Part shown: one piece after another, positions 1 through 12,117 of the stretch
How positions within the stretch are numbered: the first letter of the stretch is position 1
How the letters are laid out: every line of letters begins with the position of its first letter
Virus record (IMG/VR): IMGVR_UViG_3300050014_000823
Span: 62,001 to 126,000 of that record
Direction: 5' to 3' (one strand)
DNA: 64,000 nt
Position numbers and translations under genes: made by a program
The notes under the pieces: model-generated
What the model saw: only the letters and a program-made list of their open reading frames with translations
Database searches by the model: none
What the model was told of the DNA's origin: nothing

Positions 1-817
1 CAAGACTAACAGGTACTTTATATACGTTTCGTGCAACCCTTGTCATATCTAATGCAAGTTGTCTGCTTACTGTTGTTACTGATGTTAATCCGTCCTTTTC
101 ATAACCATCAGCATCCTGCCAACCATCAAAAACGGCTTTTTGTTTTTCATTTGACAATTCAAACACTAATTGGGTTAAATGCTTTCCATGCGCATACATA
201 CCAAACTGTATCATAAACTCATATAATTCTTGATTAGTGATATGAAATTTAGTACATGTTCTTTCGACTACCTTTGCCGAACTATAACCAGCATTTACTA
301 TATATTTTTCAAGGTTATCTGCATCATCATTTGATGTGCAAATTATTACTCGATGATTATACGAATTCTTTCTACTATTTGGTTTATTTTTATCGGGTTT
401 TCTTTTAGAATTATTAGTCCAACCATCACCAAGATATCGTCCAACCATGTACCAAAACTCAATAGAATGGCTATCGTTGTCGTTTGGTGTGTCGAGAACA
501 TATCCGACATAATCACCCCTTTTTAAATTTTTTGCTTCGACAAAATATGGGTCAGTAAAAAATCTGTCATAACTTCTTCTTTCACGATTAAATTTATGAT
601 ATTGACTTCTTACATAAAATGGATGCTCTGCAGTGGTTTCTAATGCATCTGGTAATCCTTGTGCTCTGACACTATAAATTTCATTGGCTTCCCGTTTCAT
701 TAACGACAAGACTTTCTTATAGTTACCAGTATGTGTTAAAACTGAATCTTCTAATGACACTTCATTTATTTTAACATATCCTCTTTTAGTGGCAACCAAA
801 GTATTTTCAGTAAAACA
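1..817 (-). mobile_element. Intein with LAGLIDADG homing endonuclease, inserted at the methyltransferase PC catalytic motif (partial)
   Basis: Block A CFTENTLVATKRG, block B TTAEHPFY, LAGLIDADG motifs MVGRYLGDGW and VFDGWQDADG. Confidence 0.9.
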
Positions 818-1063
818 GGGGACACCGCCTGTGATGATATCAATTCTGTTTTTCCACTGAGAAAAATCGGTTGTTGTAATGTCTTCATAAGTAATACTGT
901 TTGGGAAGTGCGCTTTCAGCACCTGTAGGCAGAATGGTTTTATCTCACAATGAAATTCGTTGGACCAACCAACTCTTTCAGCAGCCAAATCAAAGCCGCC
1001 AATACCGCTAAAAAGAGAGCCATGTTTTAACCTATTCTTTAAGTCCAAGTTGTTGTGGGTCAT
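1..1063 (-). CDS. dcm: C5 cytosine DNA methyltransferase with intein (partial, runs off window start)
   Basis: Manual translation, absent from ORF track: MTHNNLDLKNRLKHGSLFSGIGGFDLAA (motif I FxGxG) ... CEI ... DIITGGVP, then intein sequence. Confidence 0.92.
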   Translation of the reverse strand, partial: MTHNNLDLKNRLKHGSLFSGIGGFDLAAERVGWSNEFHCEIKPFCLQVLKAHFPNSITYEDITTTDFSQWKNRIDIITGGVPCFTENTLVATKRGYVKINEVSLEDSVLTHTGNYKKVLSLMKREANEIYSVRAQGLPDALETTAEHPFYVRSQYHKFNRERRSYDRFFTDPYFVEAKNLKRGDYVGYVLDTPNDNDSHSIEFWYMVGRYLGDGWTNNSKRKPDKNKPNSRKNSYNHRVIICTSNDDADNLEKYIVNAGYSSAKVVERTCTKFHITNQELYEFMIQFGMYAHGKHLTQLVFELSNEKQKAVFDGWQDADGYEKDGLTSVTTVSRQLALDMTRVARNVYKVPVSL

Positions 1064-1577
1064 AACCTTTTCTGTCTATTAACATGTGACACGTGGGGCA
1101 AAGAATCCATATTTTTTCTGGTGTAGTATTCGCCACAGTTCTCCACGCACCTTTTCTTTTATACTTGGGTTTGTGTGCTATATCTAATACTCTATCTTCT
1201 CCACACGACTCACATTTTTTTGGTAAGTCAGGATATCTTTTATATAATCTTTTTAAATTTCCGTCACTACCGTTTTTATTTTTACTTGTGCTATAATATT
1301 TATCGTATATGTTAGGGTTTTGTTTTAAAAACTTTGCCCTTGATTGTCTCGCACTTTTAATTGCACATTCTTCACCACAGTGTAATGTACCTGCTTTATT
1401 TGGAATAAAATGTGTTCCGCACTGTTTACAAAATCTTCCAATGTCTCGAATTAAACCATCATTCTTCCTTCGTTGTTTTTCTTTACATGCAGGTGAACAA
1501 AATTTTCGTCTTGCTGTTTTCGCAGTATATTCTTTACCACAACAGATACAATATTTAACAACGGTGTTTATGTTCAA
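1032..1577 (-). CDS. HNH-type endonuclease with N-terminal CxxC zinc-ribbon repeats
   Basis: Repeated CxxC..CS motifs; C-terminal CESC..IAH..LCPTCH. Confidence 0.65.
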   Translation of the reverse strand: MNINTVVKYCICCGKEYTAKTARRKFCSPACKEKQRRKNDGLIRDIGRFCKQCGTHFIPNKAGTLHCGEECAIKSARQSRAKFLKQNPNIYDKYYSTSKNKNGSDGNLKRLYKRYPDLPKKCESCGEDRVLDIAHKPKYKRKGAWRTVANTTPEKIWILCPTCHMLIDRKGYDPQQLGLKE

Positions 1578-1591
1578 TTATTTTCACAAAA

Positions 1592-1628
1592 ATAATAAAT
1601 CCTTGCCGATTAAGCAAGGATTATTATT
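1592..1628. terminator. Hairpin, putative terminator
   Basis: AATCCTTGC-CGATTAA-GCAAGGATT inverted repeat between genes. Confidence 0.45.
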
Positions 1629-3055
1629 TAAAATTCAAGAGGATTCCAACAAGCTATGCTGTAGTCAAGTTGAAGTTCTTTCCTGACTCTTTTTTTCTTC
1701 TTACGTGGATAGTTTTTAGTCTTTCTCCACTCAGCAAGAATCTGTTCTTTACGTTCTTCCTGTTGGGTTTTCATGTCATTCAACATTGACATGCCCATCA
1801 TAAGATATGCACCAAGTACCGGACTTATTTGTGAGTTCATATTAACGTTCTTTACTGATTGAATTTACATCGACAAGTTTTTCGAAGGTTGCTTCACCGC
1901 CAGGAAATATGGTGATGTATGCCTGTACTTGGTTTTTATCCGCATATCTGACAAAGTAGTAGTCGTGCATTCCAGTGTTGTCGTGAAAGATTATCCTGTC
2001 ATGTTCTTTAAGTGGCAGGTCTTCGGGATATTCATACTTAATTGAACCCCAAATAAATACGACAAATATGACATACAACCAAAAACTGATGTTTATGGTT
2101 AATGCACAGGCAAGAATCGTCATGAGAATCTTCAACCAATAATACGAATTACTGTAAAGTCTCTTTTCGTTTGCAATGAAGTCTTTCCAAGTCATGTTAC
2201 TCTTTGTTTTTAGTTTCGTTCTTGTAATAGAATAACTTCGGAGTAAGTGTCTGTATAAACTGTCCCAAATAATGAATGACAATTATAAAGGCGAACACGT
2301 GCCAGTAGTTAACATGGACAAACGGAAGTTTCCATGTCGTCAGATAGAGTTCATTTAACTTAGGTGCAAGATAGTTAAATGCAACCATAAGTATAAGGGA
2401 TTCGAAGACAGTATATGTCAACCAAATCCAATTCTTTACGAAAGATAATAACATTCCAATCATAGTTTTAGTATATTGCAAGTTTAATAAATTGCTCAAG
2501 TTTGTCTGCTTCTGTGAAAATATTCACACGGACTTCTCCATCGTTTGAACCAATGACCTTTGTAAATCATTCTTTATCCTTATTAAACTCTACCTTTACT
2601 TCAGGAATTTCTGGTTCCCAACCTTCGGCATCAATGCGATTAACGAAGTCGGAGAACTTAATATCTTCAAGAACCCTGCGGGTTGCATCTAAGATTATAA
2701 CCCTGTCACACCAATAGTATGACCTTTGTGCTGATTTTACCATAGGGTTGCCAAGAGTCCATTCCCTACGACCATACTTGTTAAGCCAAAAATCCTGGTT
2801 GTCGTGTTTAGGTGGAACTACCCAAGCATCAGTATTAATATCGGGTTCGTTTGAAATTTTTTCCGACTTGAGTTCTTCTTTGGCAACGTCCATTATTCTT
2901 TGCAGTAGCATTGAGGCTTCCATAACCAAATCAAAGTTTCTGCTTAATGTGTTTTCACCATCAGTAAACCTGTCACGACAAACCTCATAACGTCTTTCGG
3001 CTTCTTCACGGGAATATCCGGAGATTATCTTAGCCATTTTAATCATGTCTCTCAT
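1628..3055 (-). other. Cluster of four small hypothetical phage ORFs (two membrane-like)
   Basis: Tightly packed ORFs 1628-1840, 1842-2195, 2197-2463, 2567-3055. Confidence 0.65.
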
Positions 3056-3056
3056 A

Positions 3057-3368
3057 TTATTCGTATGTTTCTGCACCAACTTTAATACGGTCTTCTTCCT
3101 TGATTCTTTCAATCTCAAGCTGCTGATAAACTGCATTCAAGGTAGCCATGTCATCCAACTTATAGGTGGTATTGCCTTTGATGTAGTTCTCATATCTCTT
3201 TGGACTGATGTGAAATAATTCACAGAACCTTTTCTTGTCAAGTTTGTATCTTTTGATGATACGCTGTAAGTCACCTGCAATCTGAATTGTTAGTTCCAAA
3301 TAGCGAAATTCGGTTTCGTTCAAGTCCTTCATGAACCTCTGAACTTTTTTACTGTCGAGTCTTTCCAT
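3057..3368 (-). CDS. XRE-like helix-turn-helix protein
   Basis: KLDKKRFCELFHISPKRYENYIKGNTTYKLDD fits an HTH pattern; start reassigned to MERLDS. Confidence 0.55.
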   Translation of the reverse strand: MERLDSKKVQRFMKDLNETEFRYLELTIQIAGDLQRIIKRYKLDKKRFCELFHISPKRYENYIKGNTTYKLDDMATLNAVYQQLEIERIKEEDRIKVGAETYE

Positions 3369-4339
3369 TATTAATAGGGTAAATCTGTTTGTTTGAATAT
3401 TTCGTAAATGCCGAAAACCACCAAAAGTATCACCATGACACTGAAACCAGTAGCATAGTATGTCTGCCAATCCATTGGATTTACAAGTTTTCCACGGAAA
3501 TATGCAATACCAATTGCAATTGCTGGACCAATGTTAAAGAAAACAACTGTAAAGAAAGTCATTTTCAACACTAAATATAAGAATTTCAATTTTTTCATGC
3601 TCCGTATACTCCTACAACTTTTTCTTCGATGACAATATCGTTATTATCCCTCAGAAATCCTAATTCCGTTAAATATTTCTGTTCTTGTATGAAACGAATG
3701 TCGGGTTTGTAAGGTAAGATTGAGCCGAACTTCGTCATAAGCAAGGTATATACTTCCTGCTTGGTTGTTTTATCATACCACTTTGCAAGTACAAAATGAG
3801 TATAGTAATAGATATTACTCAAATGCTGATGTGTAATTTCTTCGGCAGGTATGTGTCTGCCATCCCATGTTGTCCATCCTTTTAACATAGCTATTCTTTT
3901 ATTGAGATTTGTATTTCAACTGGTAGTACAAAAAGATTATCCGTAGTATCTCTGCGAGTAGTCTGACTGTAAATCTTCACATAATAATTCATTGACCTTT
4001 CTGCTTCGTCTTTACTACTGAAAGTCCGGGCATTCTTAATCTGCTCAGTAAAGTATTCACTCTTGGATAAGAATGTCTTTAGCTTGCTATTGTAGATAAC
4101 ATAAGCGGTGTCTTCTTCGGGAGCAGGACTTTCATCAAGCCACTCGAATTTTTTCATGTCAATCTCAAATGGAAGTTGATGATTACCAGTCTTTTCCAGG
4201 TTCAGTTGTTCGACAGCGTATATCTTCATAGATAATGCACCACTTAAAATAATACCGTAGTTGTTTCCAACTGGTCTGAAAATAATGTCTGACCCATCTA
4301 CGGGCATGCGTTCACCTGCGTTTATCCATTTCATAGCCG

Positions 4340-4369
4340 ATTATACGTAAACAAAATTAAAATGTTACA
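4340..4369 (-). promoter_or_regulatory. Phage promoter motif TGTAAC-N18-TATAAT
   Basis: One of 14 equally spaced copies; just upstream of ORF start 4334. Confidence 0.8.
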
Positions 4370-5730
4370 AAAATCAATATAAATCTTCGCTGAAAAGAGT
4401 TTCTTTCTGTTCGGGTATTTGGTTGGCGTAAAATGCTATCTCTGCACCTTCCTTCCTGTCAACAAACCTATTCTTGTTTGTCAAGAAGCCTTGTACGTAT
4501 TCACCTACCTCTGGCGTAACACTTCGTAATCCTGTAATTGATATCATGGTATACATGCAGTGTGGATGTCTGAAACCACAGAAGACCAAGCCTCTGTCAC
4601 AGTTAACAGGCAGAACATTACAGTCAAAGACTTTCTTAAGTACTAAGTCTTTATACCAAATAGCTGCACATAATATTATTTCCATAGTTACCAAATTACA
4701 TCGTCACTTACAACACTAATTGCCCGAATTTTTATTTCAGCATCTTCCTTTTTCTGATTTCTCAGACTACCATCGGAAGTAAGTACACTACCCTTTTCAC
4801 CGAATGTTTGTTTGTATTCGGCATATGCCATTGCTTTACTCGCAGCTTCATTGTAGTCTTTTGCAACCACATACACAGGTGATAATATGTTATTTGCAAA
4901 TGCAAATGACAGGATTCCACCCGATGTTCGTGGTTCTCCAAATTCAACAAAAAACAATTTTCTATCTTCCATATTACATTTTATTTAAGTCTTCAACAAA
5001 GGTTTCTGGTCGCCATATGCCATACTGACCTTCAATCTTTACCCATAAAACCTTATCATCATACCAAATATCCGGGCAAAGCCGGGAGTAATGACCTTTC
5101 TCAATAATGACCTCATCGACAATTACTTTTTGTCCTTCGGTAAAGATTATCTGACCACCAATGGTAAATATTTCACCATTTACAGTTAATGTATCACCTA
5201 CCTTGACCATTAGTCTTCAGGTGTGTCAATTTCACAATAGTGTGTTGGGTGAAACACGTTGGCATTATTATCACCAAGTATACCATTAAACATATTGGCA
5301 AGTGGGTTGTTTTCGTTTGCCCAATGTGGACCTTGAATGTCAATTGATTTCAAGTAACCCGTAGCTACTTTAGTCAACATGTTCGGTCTTTTCTCTGCGA
5401 GTAAGACCGTTACCTTAAAATTCGGTAAGTTATATTTGTCTTCTGCTTCTGTGTTGATTTTAATCCAATTCATTTTCATTTCTTTCATCCCTTAGTATAT
5501 CGTTAAATAACTCTTGTTCGGTAATCGGACGTTCATCGTCTTCACTCTGAGTGTCATCTGGAAGTCCATGATAGTGTGATTTTGAATCATCATCCTGGCT
5601 CACCATTACATCAAAATCGCTGACTGTCTGTTGGTCAGAGTCCTCTTCCATTTTCTGTAATTGATATTCTTCGTGTTCACGCTGATTTGCTTCTTCTTGC
5701 ATCTGTCTTTCGAATTCCCTTTCTTGACGG

Positions 5731-5783
5731 TCTTCCTCAATTTGACGTTCGTCTTCCTCAATTTGACGTTCTTCTTCCTCAAT
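5731..5783. repeat. 21-bp tandem repeat (~2.5 copies) encoding ERQIEED
   Basis: tcttcctcaatttgacgttc(g/t) repeated. Confidence 0.85.
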
Positions 5784-6726
5784 TCTTATTTTAGCTTCTT
5801 CGTCTTTTCTGCCCTGCCAGTAAGCCAAATCTTCTGGTTCATCACTATACTTGTCATGGTCGTAGTCCCTGCGATTATGTTGTGCGTCTTTATGACCAAG
5901 TTTGTTGGCTTCCTGTTCTTCGTCTGTTTCGTAATATCTGCTCATTTTGTGATTGTTATTAATAAAGTTATTTTTCGAAGTCAAAGCCAACAGTGAAGTT
6001 AACTTTTTCGGCTTTAAGTACTTCTTCAATGAAATATCTCATAGAGAGTTCTTTTTTATTCTCCCTATTGACTTTCCAATATTTTCTCTGAATTTTTGCA
6101 CGTTCATTTGAAGTTACCTTGTCCGGATATACGTATTGTACTGCACCAGTACTGTTACAGAACATATTAACATCCCGGTCAGAATAGAACTTAGCTTGGT
6201 ACATGCCATATTCATACCACAAATCAAAGTTTTCTTTGTCGATATGATATACGGTGTCAGTAACTACTTCGTAGTCTTCATCGTAGCCTTCGCCTCTATT
6301 CAATATTATAATTGTACCTCTCATATGTTTTATATCATCTGTGTCAGTTTTGTGCTGCCATATTATTAGTTATTAAAAAATAGTAAATATGCAATCAGTG
6401 TGAAGATGAAGGTAAACAAGAATCTGTACCTTCTCTGTTGACTGTTTTCTTTCTTTATTAAACTCCATACAAGTGTGATTATAAACCACACAATTAAGAA
6501 TGATATGAATCCTGCTCTGTTGTGTATCATCGGTATTGACTGTTAGTTTCACTTACATCAAAGAGTACTGCTTTGATTTCATCCCGTCTCTTTTTCATGT
6601 CTTCGAGATTATTCGTACTCCAACCACCATCTTCGGTACTGATTATCCACTTATTCAAGTATGATAAGTCTTTTCGTAGTTCTGCTATAAGTTTTGCGTT
6701 CATATGAAAATTTGTTGTTACAGGTG

Positions 6727-6756
6727 ATTATACGTAATGTCGGAGAAAATGTTACA
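6727..6756 (-). promoter_or_regulatory. Phage promoter motif TGTAAC-N18-TATAAT
   Basis: attatacgtaatgtcggagaaaatgttaca. Confidence 0.8.
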
Positions 6757-7863
6757 GAAAACTCAGATTATTTTAATCTGCATTGGGTGTAACATCATTA
6801 TCAAGTACTACTCTTCCCGAAGGACTGAACTTAAAACCATCGGGCAGACCATCTGTTTTAGGTGCTTTGGTTGTGGTAGTTGTTGTTGTTAAGAATTTAC
6901 TATTAACTTCAACAAGTTCGACCATCTTAATTGCTTCAACTCTCAATGGGCATTCATCAGGTACACGACCTCTGCTGTTCTGTTGGGTGATAATCATCCT
7001 GTCCCAAACATTCGCTTTAACAAGAAGATGTGGATGTAGGCATTCCATTTCATTTCCTGCATTGCCGAAAAATGGACAACGGTGGTAGCATTCGTCTACC
7101 ACTGTGATTTTTTCGTAGGTTTTCATTATTCTGCCTGTATATAGCGTCTGTTCTCGACAAAAATATTATTTTCTGGGATAAACTTAGTAGTATCTCGATT
7201 GCCGTAGTTGTCACTCCACCAATTTTCAAACTTAAGTTTTACATCAGTTTGAGTACCGGGAGTTAGGTTTTCAAAATTTCCCGACATATCATCCAAAAGT
7301 CCTGCAACAAATGCTTTCCATGCCAATTCTTTGGCAGTTTTCATGAATTTTTTTGCCATTAGTCTTTCTTATTAAGTTCTTCAACGGTCTTTCCGGGACA
7401 ATTATCTGCACGGGCAACCATCATTTCCATTGCTACACGTGCATCAAGATATGCTTTCATGTCGGTCTTTTTCACGCACTCAAAGCCGTGAATGCCAATG
7501 ACAAGGTAACGGCAACACGCATAACCTTGTCCGGCTCTACAACAATTTTTTACTTGGTCATTCATTTGATAATTTCTAAAATTTGTAGTTCACGTGTTCT
7601 TACCCCGTAAGGTTTGAATTCGAATATAATTTCATCGCACTCACTGCATTTGATTTTAGTCACAGCATTAGGTTGAAAACCCATGTAGTTTGAAATGAAG
7701 TTAAAATGACCATTTTTACAATGGTATCTCTCACTTCCACTATTTTCAATAGGAATACAGTTGAACTTAAACAAGAATTTAAGTTCCTCATTAGGGTCGA
7801 GTTGACTGTTTAATTCAGTCAACTCTTTCTCTGTCAATACCTTTGTAATTACTTCGCTCATTG

Positions 7864-8280
7864 TTATAGTGTTCCTTCTGCCTTTGCAGTTACATATGCG
7901 TTTGTTCCCATAGTGGTTTGCTCTTTCCACTTAACGCCATTACGCCAAATTTCAACAGTAACCGTAACATGTGTTAAAACAGATTCTGCGGTTACTCTTA
8001 TATACATACCCTTTGGATACTTACCCCAATCTTTACCAATTGAAAGGGGAGTGTCACAATACATAGATACTGAGCTGCTACCTGAAGGAGTTGTCAACGC
8101 AAGATTTGTTACGTCAGCATTTATAGAACCTCCGTGGTCTTTTGGATTGTCATAGGTGGCTTTGACGATATAGTTAATTGTATCACCACCACCACTACCA
8201 GCACCATCATCTTTGGTACACGAGAAGAACGATGTTACAACGAACATCAGAAGGACAAGCAATAAATTTTTTGTTTTCAT
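7864..8280 (-). CDS. Bacteroidota-type lipoprotein
   Basis: Signal peptide plus lipobox FFSC followed by TKDD. Confidence 0.75.
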   Translation of the reverse strand: MKTKNLLLVLLMFVVTSFFSCTKDDGAGSGGGDTINYIVKATYDNPKDHGGSINADVTNLALTTPSGSSSVSMYCDTPLSIGKDWGKYPKGMYIRVTAESVLTHVTVTVEIWRNGVKWKEQTTMGTNAYVTAKAEGTL

Positions 8281-8293
8281 ATTAAGAATTTAT

Positions 8294-8857
8294 TTAAATT
8301 AATAGTAAGCAACATTGCTTATATTTTTTACCTGACCCACAAGGGCACAGGTCATTACGACCTACATTAATTTGTTTTGGTTCTGGAAATCCTGGTGCTT
8401 CAATGCGTTCAGCTATACCATTAAGGTGATTGACTTCGTGTTGCCAAACCTGTGCATCAAAACCTTTGTAGATTTCACTGAAATGCACATTGCCGAGAAT
8501 GTCAACATATGTGACTTTAACTGCACGACTGCGTTCAGCAACAATGACTTTGCCTTGCCAAGTCAAACAACCTTCACACTTGATTTCCTTAATACCTATG
8601 TATTCATCGATTACAGGATTAATTGCTATTCTCCAAACCTTATCAAATCTGTCTTTATATGCAAAGGCACGTAGCATGAATCTTTCACCATTAAGACTTA
8701 CTTGATTACAAGCCAATCCTGCAGCATTGAGTCTATAATAACAATCATCAATAAATTCTTGAAGTATTAAAACATGTTCTTTAACATAAGCATTTATGTC
8801 ATCAACCTCTGGCACCTTTGGTGTCTGTTCGTTTGGTATGATTTCGAATTTATTCAT
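8294..8857 (-). CDS. def: Peptide deformylase with C-terminal SEC-C motif
   Basis: [20 protein letters not shown]; [18 protein letters not shown]. Confidence 0.93.
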   Translation of the reverse strand: MNKFEIIPNEQTPKVPEVDDINAYVKEHVLILQEFIDDCYYRLNAAGLACNQVSLNGERFMLRAFAYKDRFDKVWRIAINPVIDEYIGIKEIKCEGCLTWQGKVIVAERSRAVKVTYVDILGNVHFSEIYKGFDAQVWQHEVNHLNGIAERIEAPGFPEPKQINVGRNDLCPCGSGKKYKQCCLLLI

Positions 8858-9411
8858 ATTAATTATGTCTATCGTGTTTAATAAAAAATTCGTTTACTGT
8901 CATTTCTTTGCCCTGTGCATACTGACCTTTCTCAGTTGCCATAAACTTCTGCAACTCTCTTTTGATTTCACCTTCTGTTGTTGGATTTAAACCTTCACTC
9001 TCAAGATACTTTTCAAATTCACTTCTACATTGATAACAAACATATCCGATGCCATTAACATACGTATCACACATTATCTGTGGACAATCCGGTCTACTAC
9101 AGTTCATTACGCCCATTCTGGTTTCCTTTCTAATATTTCAACGTATTTTTTAAAATACTTATGAAGTTCATCGAGTTCATCCGTCAAGATTTCATACCTC
9201 ATGCTCTTAAGTACCAGCAGGGGATATGGCTGTTTCATTATGTCGGCATGAAGATAGAAATAAGCCTCACCTATACCATTGACACAACAAACCCTTATCT
9301 TATCTTTTATGAAATGAAATTCCCTTTCCTTCGAGGAAGGATGATTATTGTAAATCTCCACATAACCTTTTGGCAATAGCCAACTTGTTATTGTTTTGTA
9401 AAAAATATCTG

Positions 9412-10440
9412 TCATATTTTAATCATATTTAATCCTAAAACCAATGCTTCTTCAAAGGCATCCTCATATTTATCCTTACATTCAGAACTTACACTGCAAT
9501 CAGCAATACATTCTTTTAATGTAACTAAACCATAATATTTAAAACAACCTTCCCGGCTTAATTGGGGAATATAAAATGGTTTGACGTATACTTCAATACC
9601 ATGTACTTCTCTTAACCATTTCGCAAGTACTGACTGTGTTGGTGCATATAAGTATTTATTAGTGCTGAATTTAATACTTCGTAGACTTGTTAAATTTTTA
9701 GTATCCTTATGATATACAAATGAACTTTTGACCTTATTATTAATAATGTCACATATTTCAAAGGATAATATTTCCGATATGTGTATATTTATACTTTCAT
9801 TGTTTATAAAAACACCAGTTTTCTCTAAATTTTCTATTGATTTTACTTTAACTTCCTTATAATGTTCACAACTTATTGTAAAATATTTTACTATTTCTTC
9901 TTTACTTAACTTTCTATCTGAAAATAAAAATTCTTTATGATAATCTTTATTATTTAAAACTTCACATATTTTCGAATCACTAATTTTCAATTGTCTACTA
10001 CATTCGCTTATGGAAGGAAATAAATATTCAATATGATTTTTATCATAAGCAAATAAACATCTGCCCACCTTTTCAGCAAAAATACTTCTTCTTTTTTGAA
10101 TTTCTTCCATAGTTAAATCTTTATATGGATAAGATGCTATTTTGGAAACATTAAATCCGTTATCCGTATATGATTTATAATAATCCATCCAGTATTGCTC
10201 TCTTTCTATTAATTTTTCCTTTTCACAAAATTCCTTTACTTCAAATATAAATCCCTCGAAGCCATGTTTGTTACAAAAATTTTGTAATTTAGGATTAGTG
10301 TGCCGATTATTTTTAAGTTTATTCTTATGACAATAAATTCTTGAATACATATTTATTGAACTTCCTATGTAAACCCTCTCAGTATTTTTATGCTTTATAA
10401 TATAAACACCGGGTTTTCTATCTAAAAAAGGTCTTCCCAT
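9412..10440 (-). CDS. GIY-YIG homing endonuclease fused to the C-terminal part of a conserved phage protein
   Basis: GVYIIK..VYIGSS..R, EREQYW, NUMOD1-like FPSISECSRQL; tail YAPTQSVLAKWLREVH. Confidence 0.85.
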   Translation of the reverse strand: MGRPFLDRKPGVYIIKHKNTERVYIGSSINMYSRIYCHKNKLKNNRHTNPKLQNFCNKHGFEGFIFEVKEFCEKEKLIEREQYWMDYYKSYTDNGFNVSKIASYPYKDLTMEEIQKRRSIFAEKVGRCLFAYDKNHIEYLFPSISECSRQLKISDSKICEVLNNKDYHKEFLFSDRKLSKEEIVKYFTISCEHYKEVKVKSIENLEKTGVFINNESINIHISEILSFEICDIINNKVKSSFVYHKDTKNLTSLRSIKFSTNKYLYAPTQSVLAKWLREVHGIEVYVKPFYIPQLSREGCFKYYGLVTLKECIADCSVSSECKDKYEDAFEEALVLGLNMIKI

Positions 10441-11032
10441 AACATTATTTTATGCTTATGACACAAATATCATGCCAAGATTTCGCAAGTTTTGCTGTTG
10501 CTAGACCTATTTTTGTATCTTCAATTGGTTTTTCCATTATGCTTTTATATGTAAGTGTAATTCCTCTACTACTTGTTTAATTGACATACCTGCCAATTCT
10601 TTAAAATCCTCACGTTTAAGTTTTGGCTGAGTACTAAAGGAACACGCCATACCAATAACATCGGTTTTAATATTGCCATTTGGTCTACTATCCATTAAGT
10701 CAATTGCTGTTGCAAGTAAACGAAATTTTTCTGCAAGACCAACATCTTTTCTTCTATTTCTATTACTTTTCATTGCTTATACTCTCCATTTAAAAGATTC
10801 ATATTAAAAATAGTTGTGTTTAATGCAATACTGAATTCCATTAAAGAGATTTCAGTATAATTAGTGTGTTCAAGAAAACCAACAGGATGTGTGCAAATCA
10901 AACCATTTGAAGTAACAAGAAGGACATCATTTGCTCTTTGATGATAATAAAAATCAACAGACTTATAGCAATTTCCCACAGGTTTACAAGGCTTATTTGA
11001 ATATTTATGTTCTATGACCTTAAACGTTAAAT

Positions 11033-12112
11033 TCATATCAGTTCGTTTTTAATTATTTTCTGTGTACTCCAATGCCCGTGATTATTCTGTACGTGATTTT
11101 TCCGTACATATTTACCACAGACTTTACGAAATTCTGAGTAATGATACTCTCTTGCAAGTCGTACAACATACCGTTCAATTGTTCCGGGGTTGTTCTCCAT
11201 TTTCTTGTTAAGTTCATTAATGAAGTCCATATCCCAAATACCATCATACATAATTGTTGGTGTAACCAATCCCAATAATTCAAACCATTCCTGTGTTTCA
11301 TCCCAATCCAAGCACATGTTTTTCTCATTCCATATACTAAATGCAAGAAAAATTGATTTTAATGCATTGCCATTTGCTTTGGTATAATGTATTGCATGCT
11401 TTGCATACATATTCTCGCCACATAATCTCCAATCTTCCGGAAGTTCGTAACCAATTTGTGCCCATAGATTTTTAACCCAATTTCTTGAAGAATGACTGTC
11501 AGTATCTAATGAACGTGCATGTATGATATCTTTCATCATAGTAGTGTTCTCGCCATCCATTTTTTCCATAATAATTACACGTTGACCTTCGAATATTGAG
11601 ACATCTTCCATCATGCGGTCATCCCTATTCATGCCAGGTGACCAAGGTAGGTGAAAAGTACGATTGTATTTCACCCTATTTGTGAATTGTCCTAATATAT
11701 TACCTTGATTTAATATCTTTTGAACAGAATCATCATTAAAAAGTTCACCTTTTATTCTCGTACCGTTACGTAAAATTTCATTACCCCACTTGTCATATTC
11801 TACGTCTTCATATAAATGTTGTGGTAATACAATTGTTTTAATACCCGCTAATTCTCTGATTCTATCACACGAAAGAATAGTTTGTTCTGCTTCAATATGA
11901 TGAAGTTCGCAAAGCGTTGCCCCGTTATCAATGAAATATCCCTCACCAAATGGTTTAAATAATCTACGTTCAAGTATGTGATGTGCACTTAAATTAACTA
12001 CTTCACCGAATTGGTTGAATTGTGCCTTTTCACCACAAACAATGCATTTGTATCCATCCCTCTTAAGAACAGCATTTCTAAATTCATCCCGTGTTAATTC
12101 GTCTTTCATCAC
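11033..12112 (-). CDS. HNH domain-RNA ligase fusion
   Basis: RDGYKCIVC..AHHILERR..NGATLCELHH; ligase KYNRTFHLPWS, EKMDGEN, GEN, KYVR. Confidence 0.85.
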   Translation of the reverse strand: MMKDELTRDEFRNAVLKRDGYKCIVCGEKAQFNQFGEVVNLSAHHILERRLFKPFGEGYFIDNGATLCELHHIEAEQTILSCDRIRELAGIKTIVLPQHLYEDVEYDKWGNEILRNGTRIKGELFNDDSVQKILNQGNILGQFTNRVKYNRTFHLPWSPGMNRDDRMMEDVSIFEGQRVIIMEKMDGENTTMMKDIIHARSLDTDSHSSRNWVKNLWAQIGYELPEDWRLCGENMYAKHAIHYTKANGNALKSIFLAFSIWNEKNMCLDWDETQEWFELLGLVTPTIMYDGIWDMDFINELNKKMENNPGTIERYVVRLAREYHYSEFRKVCGKYVRKNHVQNNHGHWSTQKIIKNELI

Positions 12113-12117
12113 AATAA

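Larger units (their letters stand above)
3371..7861 (-). other. Run of ~15 small hypothetical phage ORFs
   Basis: Abutting or overlapping start/stop codons; includes conserved phage-type 4374-4685 (CAAIWY..GFLTNKNRFVDR) and acidic coiled-coil 5460-5945. Confidence 0.65.
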
